Of a stretch of DNA of 64,000 bases, positions 57,288 through 64,000 are shown piece by piece (the stretch's first letter is position 1; every line of letters starts with the position of its first letter). Position numbers and translations under genes: made by a program. The notes beneath the pieces were generated by a model. It saw only the letters and a list, made by a program, of their open reading frames with translations, was not told the origin of the DNA and ran no database searches. The stretch is from a virus. Its lineage: Duplodnaviria; Caudoviricetes. Location of the stretch: IMG/VR virus record IMGVR_UViG_2675903036_000001, positions 1 to 64,000 of that record; one strand, written 5' to 3'.

Positions 57288-57938
57288 ATGGAGAAAATTA
57301 TGAGCTTTGAAAAACTGTTAGACGAACTCGAAACCATGAGCAAGGCCATGCCATCCGACGACACTGGCGAGGATGATAAAAAGATCCAAGCTGCGGCGGC
57401 TGAAGGTGGTGAAGGCGATGTGAGTGATGAGAATGAAAATGTCGATGGAAATGAAGAAGAAAGCGACGACGATCCAAGTGACGATGAAGTGGAAGTTGGA
57501 GATGAAAACATGACCAAATCATTTCAATTCACCCTTGATAGCGGAGAAATCATTGAAGCGCAAGACGGAACCAAGCTGGTTAAGTCGTTGATGAATCGTA
57601 TCGAGAAGAATGAAGGAACGTTGACTAAAGCGCTTGGCACTGCGGTCACGCTCATCAAATCACAGGGAGACATGATTAAGTCTCTACAGGAAAAGATCGG
57701 CCAATTGTCCGGTCAGGGGCGCGGACGCAAGGCGGTTGTTAGCGTCGTGGAGAAGCAGCCTACTGCTCTGGTCAAGTCTGCTCAGGAAGAAGGCATGTCT
57801 TCAAATGAATTCATGACAAAGGCGTTGAGTGCGCAAGCTTCCGGAAAAATAACCGGCAATGACGTGGCTCGCGCGGAAGCGTATCTGAACAAGGGCATGC
57901 CGATTCCGTCGGACATCGTTAGCAGAGTAATCAGCTAA
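57288..57938 (+). CDS. Scaffold-like protein
   Basis: Acidic N-terminal half; many hydrophobic-x-K-[A/S] sites; between protease and MCP. Confidence 0.65.
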   Translation: MEKIMSFEKLLDELETMSKAMPSDDTGEDDKKIQAAAAEGGEGDVSDENENVDGNEEESDDDPSDDEVEVGDENMTKSFQFTLDSGEIIEAQDGTKLVKSLMNRIEKNEGTLTKALGTAVTLIKSQGDMIKSLQEKIGQLSGQGRGRKAVVSVVEKQPTALVKSAQEEGMSSNEFMTKALSAQASGKITGNDVARAEAYLNKGMPIPSDIVSRVIS

Positions 57939-57983
57939 GTTCCCGTATCGTTATCATTAGTCACTAAGTTAAGGAAAATTATA

Positions 57984-59444
57984 ATGAATCCACAAGTAAT
58001 CCAATCTTTGACCGGCAATGCATCAGGTACTGGTCAGATGTCGTTGGGGGATGTTCAAGATTTGCAGAAGGCGCTTGAAGCGGGTTACGGTACTGATGTT
58101 GCGCAGCTGACTGGTGGCGGTGCGCTGCGTATTCAGTCGCTCGAAAAAACCATGCTGTCCACTATCCAGGAGAATAAGCATTTTGCTTTATTCAACGAGC
58201 TGCAAAAAACCAATGCAACGGCTACGGTAGATGAATGGACTGAGCAATCAGGCGTTGGCGGTAGATTAGGCGGATCGACTAATACTGAGACGGGCAATAT
58301 CCGTGCGGCGCAAGGTCAGTACAATCGTCGTACTGGCATGGTCAAGTACCTGATGACTCGCAGGGAAGTATCGTTCGTACAAACGTTGCAAAATGCGATT
58401 GCGGATGCCGAGGCAGTTGAAGCTCAGAATGGCGCATTGCAGTTGCTGACGGATGCCGAATACCTGTGCTTTGAGGGCGATTCCACGGTTGTTCCTACCG
58501 AGTATGACGGATTGCGCGCATTGCTGTTGGATGGTGTTGATGCTGGCCAGGTGTCTGCGGATAACATCTTGGACGCAGAGGGTCAGTCCCTGGCATCTAT
58601 TGATCTGATCAGCAAAGGCGCTGCGCAAATCGCCGGATATGGCAACTTTGGCACGCCAACACATCTTTTCATGAGCCAGCTTACTCAATCCGATTTTGAT
58701 ATTGGACTTGATCCGGCATGGCGCGTACCGTTAAACGATGTGCCTGGAGGCGGTATCAGCCTGGGCTCTCCCGTGGTCGGTATTCGCACCAGTTGGGGTA
58801 ACATCAAAACAGTTAATGACGTATTCATCCGCGATGAGCGCCAACAAATGCCGCATGAAGCATCCAATGCCGCTGACGCTTCCGCAATGAATGCGATCAA
58901 ACCGGCTTCTGTCGCAGGAGTCGCCACAAGTGATGCTAGCTCAAAGTTTGGCGCTGCGCATGATGGCAATTATTACTACTTTGTTACCGGCGTTAATGCT
59001 GCAGGTGAATCAACCGGCAAGGCATCTGCTCAGGTCGCTGTTGCGGTTGGCGATAAAGTCACGCTGACTATTACCGCGTCAGTTGGCGGAGAGGAGACCG
59101 GATATGTGATCTACCGCAGTCGCCTGAATGGAACAGCCAACGCAAATGATGTGCGTCAGATGGCGCGAGTAGCAAAATCAGGTGCTACCACAACCTACGT
59201 CGATCTGAACCGTGAAATCCCCGGATCGACCAATGCCTATATTCTCAATATGGCTCCAGGCGCGATGGCAATCACCTGGAGACAGTTACTTCCTATGCTG
59301 AAATTCCCGCTCTATCCTACTGTTAGCGCAGTAGTTCCTTGGGCGCAGTTGTTGTTCGGCTATCTTCGTATCGGGAAACGCCGTCATCATGTTCTGATCA
59401 AGAATATCGTGAGCAACGGCGCGCTGTGGAAGCCATTCGCATAA
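57984..59444 (+). CDS. Major capsid protein
   Basis: KAL.AGYGTD...GGALRIQSLE, AEY.CF.GDS...EYDGL, FGTPTHLF and QLLPMLK.PL. Confidence 0.85.
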   Translation: MNPQVIQSLTGNASGTGQMSLGDVQDLQKALEAGYGTDVAQLTGGGALRIQSLEKTMLSTIQENKHFALFNELQKTNATATVDEWTEQSGVGGRLGGSTNTETGNIRAAQGQYNRRTGMVKYLMTRREVSFVQTLQNAIADAEAVEAQNGALQLLTDAEYLCFEGDSTVVPTEYDGLRALLLDGVDAGQVSADNILDAEGQSLASIDLISKGAAQIAGYGNFGTPTHLFMSQLTQSDFDIGLDPAWRVPLNDVPGGGISLGSPVVGIRTSWGNIKTVNDVFIRDERQQMPHEASNAADASAMNAIKPASVAGVATSDASSKFGAAHDGNYYYFVTGVNAAGESTGKASAQVAVAVGDKVTLTITASVGGEETGYVIYRSRLNGTANANDVRQMARVAKSGATTTYVDLNREIPGSTNAYILNMAPGAMAITWRQLLPMLKFPLYPTVSAVVPWAQLLFGYLRIGKRRHHVLIKNIVSNGALWKPFA

Positions 59445-59514
59445 AGCTTTAACCAGATAGCGCGGCAGGAGGCTTTATGGCTTCCTGTTGTGCTGCTGTA
59501 TAGGAGACAGAGAA

Positions 59515-59838
59515 ATGGTTAAACGATTACTTTGCACCTTGCCTAATGCGTCAAACGATATTAACGGGATCGAATTCGAGCCTTATGAGTTAGGCGGTAT
59601 GGTGTCGGTCAAGCAAGCGGATGATCTGGGTGAGGTAGTAATCCGTAAATTTCTTAAGATCGGCGGATATAAGCTGATTGATGTAGATGCTAAATCAACT
59701 GGCAATGAGTCTGTTAATCAGCCTATTGTAGAAGATGGCGGTGTCAAGGGGGCAGGGCTTTCATTAAGTCAATCCGGCCTGGCTGGCAAGCACAAGAAGA
59801 TAATCCGGTCAAAAGATAAGGAAAATACAAATGAATGA
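59515..59838 (+). CDS. Hypothetical virion-module protein
   Basis: AGGAG RBS; CTLPNAS..INGI.F. Confidence 0.6.
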   Translation: MVKRLLCTLPNASNDINGIEFEPYELGGMVSVKQADDLGEVVIRKFLKIGGYKLIDVDAKSTGNESVNQPIVEDGGVKGAGLSLSQSGLAGKHKKIIRSKDKENTNE

Positions 59839-60046
59839 ATCTCAAGAGAAAAGAATTCTGAACAATGTGTCACCAGGAACTAAAAAAGTTGGTTTGGGTG
59901 AACGCCTGATTGCGCTTGAAAAGACGGTTGCCGTATTGCCAAGACAGGCTGTTGCTGTTGATGATGCTGCGGGAGCAAATCCAACAAAAGCTGAATTCGA
60001 TGCATTGCTGGACGCGCTCAGAGCATCGGGCGTTATAGCTGAATAG
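59831..60046 (+). CDS. Head-fiber/decoration-like protein
   Basis: QAVAVDDAAGANPTKAEFDALLDALRASGVIA. Confidence 0.6.
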   Translation: MNESQEKRILNNVSPGTKKVGLGERLIALEKTVAVLPRQAVAVDDAAGANPTKAEFDALLDALRASGVIAE

Positions 60047-60048
60047 CC

Positions 60049-60288
60049 ATGAGATCATTGGATAGAGACACAGGGGCCTCGGAATCTCAGCGCGGAACCG
60101 ATGGTGCGCAGCACGTATATCCGGTGGCGCGTGTCCTGTCATCGCAATCTGTTGCGGCTGGCGCGTCGTCAGCGCAGTCTGCCGCTATTAGTGAGCGGAC
60201 GGTGCGGCTGTGTTCCACGGGCCGTATTCTCTGGTCATTGACGACGGCGATTTTTACCAATTCATCCAGACGCAAGGTCTTCAGTTGA
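60049..60288 (+). CDS. Hypothetical protein, possibly truncated
   Basis: In-operon ORF. Confidence 0.4.
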   Translation: MRSLDRDTGASESQRGTDGAQHVYPVARVLSSQSVAAGASSAQSAAISERTVRLCSTGRILWSLTTAIFTNSSRRKVFS

Positions 60289-60315
60289 TTTTGTGATTTG
60301 TCGTAGGAGGTTAAA

Positions 60316-61098
60316 TTGAGTTCTCTATTTCCAGATTTAACTGCGACAACAGCATTATTGAGGCAAGATCAATTAATGCTGGCTTCAAAATATGCTTTGC
60401 CCAATTCATCCAGCCTGTCGGATGACTACCTGAATTCAAAGTTGATAGCTGCTGAAGCTGATGCATCTAGGCAATTGAGAATCTATTTTGAACCAACAGT
60501 CATGATTCCTGACGATGTGCTTCAAGATGAGATTGATGCATTGGAGGCAGCCAACACGAAATATGCTCAGGAAGCAGCGTATGACTACGATTCACATTTT
60601 TTCACGGGAGAACGATGGGGATATATTGTCACGAAAGAGAAACCGATCATCTCAGTGCAATCTATCAAGTTTGCCTATCCTGCTCCAACCAATCAGGTGT
60701 TTGAAATTCCGCAATCGTGGATCAGGCTGGATAAAAAGTTTGGTCATATCCGGCTGGTTCCTGCTGCTCAATCCTTCTCTGCGCCATTGTCCGCGTTCAT
60801 CATGCAGGCATTAGGTGGTGGCAGAACGGTGCCCTTCATGATTCATGTGCGCTACACAGCAGGGTTGAGTAACCCTAACCAGGATTACCCGGATTTAGTT
60901 GATTTGGTCAAGAAAATGGCTATCTTGAGGATAATGCAGGATGCTTTCCTGCCGCAATCAGGATCGATCTCTTCAGATGGTCTCAGTCAGTCTATGAGCG
61001 TAGATTTGCAGAAATGGCATGATGGGATCGAGGATAAGCTGGATGCGCTAAGAGATGCTATTCACGGCCCACGCATTGCATTTCTGGGGCATGTTTAA
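60316..61098 (+). CDS. Head-tail adaptor/neck protein
   Basis: AGGAGG RBS; HVRYTAG and SISSDGLSQSMS; position after MCP. Confidence 0.65.
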   Translation: MSSLFPDLTATTALLRQDQLMLASKYALPNSSSLSDDYLNSKLIAAEADASRQLRIYFEPTVMIPDDVLQDEIDALEAANTKYAQEAAYDYDSHFFTGERWGYIVTKEKPIISVQSIKFAYPAPTNQVFEIPQSWIRLDKKFGHIRLVPAAQSFSAPLSAFIMQALGGGRTVPFMIHVRYTAGLSNPNQDYPDLVDLVKKMAILRIMQDAFLPQSGSISSDGLSQSMSVDLQKWHDGIEDKLDALRDAIHGPRIAFLGHV

Positions 61099-61100
61099 TC

Positions 61101-61730
61101 ATGGAGTTCAGCGTTGACTGGTTCAATGATCACTTGGCTGGGATGGGGCAAGATTTCTTGTGGCGCAAAGCATCCATGTGTCCGTGCGTCAATCCGCATA
61201 GTGGCGCAGCCAAGCCCAATTGCCCGATATGCGGCGGGAAGGGTAGAAGCTGGACTAATCCGGTTTCTGTTAAGGCTGGCATGGCAAGTGAGCGTGTTCT
61301 GCGTCAATGGGCGCAGTTTGGAAGGTATGAGGCAGGCGATGCAGTATTGAGCGTACCTGAAAGCTCATTACTCTATGAAGCAGGGCAATTTGACCGAGTG
61401 ACCATGCTGAATGCGACCGACCAATTCTCTTTAGTGTTAGTGCGTGGACAAAACGACAGAATAAGCTTCCCTGTGCAGAATATCGACCAGATATATTGGA
61501 TCGTCTCAGGCAATACCATTGTTGAAGGTGGCATTCCTTCGGTAGCGAGCAATGGGCAGTTATCCTGGACTTCTGGTGCGCCTCCTGCCGGCACTCATTA
61601 CAGCATATCTGGTACCAGGTACTCAGAATATTTTGCCTGGGATGAGGTGCCCGGTGACAGAAATCATCACTATGGCTCAAGACTTCCCAGAAAGCTGGTA
61701 GTGAGGCGATTTGATTTGTTTGGGCGGTAA
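61101..61730 (+). CDS. Head completion/neck protein
   Basis: WRKASMCPC...CPICGGKG, FDRVT and RLPRK. Confidence 0.65.
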   Translation: MEFSVDWFNDHLAGMGQDFLWRKASMCPCVNPHSGAAKPNCPICGGKGRSWTNPVSVKAGMASERVLRQWAQFGRYEAGDAVLSVPESSLLYEAGQFDRVTMLNATDQFSLVLVRGQNDRISFPVQNIDQIYWIVSGNTIVEGGIPSVASNGQLSWTSGAPPAGTHYSISGTRYSEYFAWDEVPGDRNHHYGSRLPRKLVVRRFDLFGR

Positions 61731-61867
61731 TTGTGAATCCTATTATATTGACTAAGGATGCCTGTTTTGCCCAAGTGTGCGGTAAAAAAGCATACCTCAA
61801 TGTCTAAAGCGGGTTTAAGCCTAAGTTTGTCACGCATTTGGCCCAACCGAGGTTTATTCATCAGATT

Positions 61868-62075
61868 TTTGTGGATCTAACGATGTTTGTTATGATGAAA
61901 ACTAAATTGACGCATTCCCATAAAACATGGGTAGATAACATGCGGTTTGCTGTGTTATTCCATTTCCAAATCAAAAGTTAATTATTAATGTGTCAAGTAA
62001 TTGAAGTTGCAACAATAAAAAATTAAATAAATACACTTTAGATTTAAAAATGGAATTAAATTTCATTTTTGACGT
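61868..62075 (+). other. Second copy of the cassette-upstream element
   Basis: Aligns with the reverse complement of 32112-32221; exact 15-mer TTTCATTTTTGACGT. Confidence 0.65.
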
Positions 62076-62132
62076 CATACCCAGAAGGAGCGGTGTCTTG
62101 ACGCAGGTGTATCAATAGATAGGAGGATTGCA

Positions 62133-62495
62133 ATGAGTGAGGACAACTCCAAAAAGGATGCGGTGAAGAATGAGAACGGTTCTGGTAAGGACACCATTAA
62201 GAAGGTCGGCGCCGAGAAAGGCGCAGCTGTAGGCGGAGCGGTCGCCGGGGCCGTTACTGGGGCTGCTGCAAGTGCAGTGGCTGCCGCTGCCGCGGGTACA
62301 ACCACTTCGCTCACAGTGGGAGCTGGATTCGCGCCGTTTGTTTCAGCTCTTGGGGCGGCAAAATTGGCTTCCTTGCCTGGCATTGTTTTATTTCTTGCGA
62401 ACCCCGTTGGGGGGGCGATCGCCACAGGAGCGCTCGCTGTTGGCGGGGCCGTTGTTGGTTACAAGATCGCGAAGGCCATTGCGAAGAAGCTCTAA
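62133..62495 (+). CDS. Cassette gene, Gly/Ala-zipper membrane protein
   Basis: AGGAGG RBS; GxxxG-rich hydrophobic segments; followed by an attC. Confidence 0.7.
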   Translation: MSEDNSKKDAVKNENGSGKDTIKKVGAEKGAAVGGAVAGAVTGAAASAVAAAAAGTTTSLTVGAGFAPFVSALGAAKLASLPGIVLFLANPVGGAIATGALAVGGAVVGYKIAKAIAKKL

Positions 62496-62543
62496 CATTG
62501 CAGGGTGCGCGTCACGCTGGTGATCTAGCGGCCACGAGTTGTG

Positions 62544-62625
62544 GCCTAACTTCCGCTTCAACGCGTACCCACGGCAAGCGGCGCTTCGCTTACTTGTTGC
62601 GGGTCGGTTAAGCGGAGCGTTATAA
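62544..62625 (+). other. attC site (82 bp)
   Basis: GCCTAAC-TTCCG-CTT(C)AACG...GGTTAAG-CGGAGC-GTTATAA. Confidence 0.85.
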
Positions 62626-62818
62626 AGTTTCCGTATATCTTCCATACTCTTGGCATTAATGACAACAAAATTGCTACCTTTATTAGGTTTATCCACTGTA
62701 TATCATCACAAATGGATCGATATACAGTTCTGGAGATCATGACAGCGCTAACTGTCTCATATTATTTAGCCAAATTAACGGAAATTTATTGAAAGAAATT
62801 GACTGGCTGGTTTTGGTC

Positions 62819-62990
62819 GAGGCTGTGTAAAAACGCTAGAACTGAAAAAACCAGTGGTTTGATCATGCTAAATATTGAATAAAATACTGAGCAATGTGGA
62901 GTCAATCATTGAGTATTGACTCATTTCTGACCGCTCAGTGGGACAATTCTAATATTTGTTAGGTTTGGTAATGCATTTTGACGCAGCCTC
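62819..62990. mobile_element. 172-bp MITE
   Basis: TIRs GAGGCTGTGTAAAAACGC / GCATTTTGACGCAGCCTC (15/18 match), flanked by a GGTC direct repeat. Confidence 0.75.
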
Positions 62991-63136
62991 GGTCGAATTT
63001 AGTCAATCAATGCCAGATTAAATGAAAACTAATTTTTGAAGCTGTTAACTCAAGTCTGAGCTACTACATATACATATAAAGTGCCTTTGCTTTTATTTCT
63101 TAGGTAGACAAGATAAAGAAATGTCCATTAATTTTT

Positions 63137-63913
63137 TTACTTAGCCATTCTAATAGCTTCCTGAAAAGCTTTTTCCGCTCTTGGCTGCATGGCTTCTGCT
63201 ACGGCCTTGGCAAGAAATAAACCGGGTTTGGCAGGCACTATCCAGCCATTACTTTTCTCCGACATAACGCGGAATGTCAAATAAGTGCTGCGTTTTGCTC
63301 CGCCTGCGCTGGTGTCGAAGCGACGCATGCCAGCGAATCGATTTGGAATAGAGTCTCCCGATAAACTCCCTCCCCATTTGTAAATATTCTGGTTGACCGT
63401 CAATCGTTTCCTTGACTGAATATCGTATGCGCCGGTGCCTGATAGACGTTGCGTTTGCCCAGTCACCATGGACGAGGACAGCGTTTTAGCCATATCATAG
63501 ATTTCATCCGGCATAGCCTGTCCGGTAGCATTCGCGCCTGGCGTGTTGTGCTGGAAGGGGATGATCAGAAATCGGCTCCCTTTTTGCGATGTGCGCACCT
63601 TCAGGCTGGTATTGAGCATTCGCTTAAGGTCCTTGGGTTGGCGGCCTTGCTCGATCTCTTCCGCGTATTTGTAATCAGCCCACACTAAAGCTTCAAATTC
63701 ATTGATCATCTGCCACTGGATCGTTGCCTTATAAGCATCCTTCTCGCCCCGCCAGAGTCGCGCTCGTTCCACCGATTCAAGCCAGTCAATCCTTGTTTGC
63801 TGTGCGACGGCTCGCACGGCCTGATTGAGTAATGGGAATATCTCTGCAGTAATAATGCTTCTGCTAGCAGCTATCACATCTGACAAATCCACACTGATTC
63901 TGAACTCGGCCAT
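63137..63913 (-). CDS. Neck/tail-completion-like virion protein
   Basis: YAEEIE.G..P.DLK..L, FLIIPF.H, YLTFRVMSE.S.GWI.P; AAGGAG RBS before MAEFR. Confidence 0.65.
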   Translation of the reverse strand: MAEFRISVDLSDVIAASRSIITAEIFPLLNQAVRAVAQQTRIDWLESVERARLWRGEKDAYKATIQWQMINEFEALVWADYKYAEEIEQGRQPKDLKRMLNTSLKVRTSQKGSRFLIIPFQHNTPGANATGQAMPDEIYDMAKTLSSSMVTGQTQRLSGTGAYDIQSRKRLTVNQNIYKWGGSLSGDSIPNRFAGMRRFDTSAGGAKRSTYLTFRVMSEKSNGWIVPAKPGLFLAKAVAEAMQPRAEKAFQEAIRMAK

Positions 63914-63936
63914 GGCTGGGACTCCTTGATGCCGAA

Positions 63937-63953
63937 ATTTTATATTCACGACA
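63937..63953 (-). promoter_or_regulatory. Putative late promoter
   Basis: Minus strand TGTCGTGA-ATA-TAAAAT. Confidence 0.7.
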
Positions 63954-64000
63954 GTAAAAAATCATTTATCCACAATTTCCGTGGATAAGGTTGTGGGTAA

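Larger units (their letters stand above)
4995..64000. mobile_element. Integrated temperate prophage (right end outside window)
   Basis: Tyrosine integrase abuts the tRNA 3' end; continuous phage gene order from xis through cI/cro, replication, terminase, portal and capsid. Confidence 0.93.

Overview
Bases 1-4.9 kb are host chromosome: dinB, a YajD-like HNH gene and remnants of IS110, IS630, IS1380, IS3, IS200 and IS5 elements. A tRNA-Ser(GGA) follows at 4902-4994. From its 3' end to the end of the window is a large temperate prophage, probably of a proteobacterial host (inference). It carries int/xis; a leftward recombination operon (RdgC, SbcC-like ATPase, RecT-like, Cas4-like); a lambdoid cI/cro switch with five 15-bp operators; replication and nin-like genes; a terminase; and a head module (portal, MuF, protease, scaffold, MCP, neck). 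Six unusual signals stand out. (1) Integron-type gene cassettes with attC sites sit at three separate prophage loci with no integron integrase in the window, and two of the loci share a ~100-bp upstream element. (2) An ~18-kb block between portal and prohead protease encodes enzymes (RelA/SpoT-like, HD hydrolase, pyrophosphatase, DarB-like MTase-SNF2, nuclease-SNF2) that share an ILFxK[A/S] leader. (3) A TGTCGTGA-N3-(-10) promoter-like motif recurs, often 6-7 nt before an ATG. (4) A candidate structured antisense RNA is present twice. (5) A C5-methyltransferase is split over two nested reading frames. (6) Cro has a tail of [D/E]RR repeats. All protein calls come from motif recognition by eye; no database searches were run.
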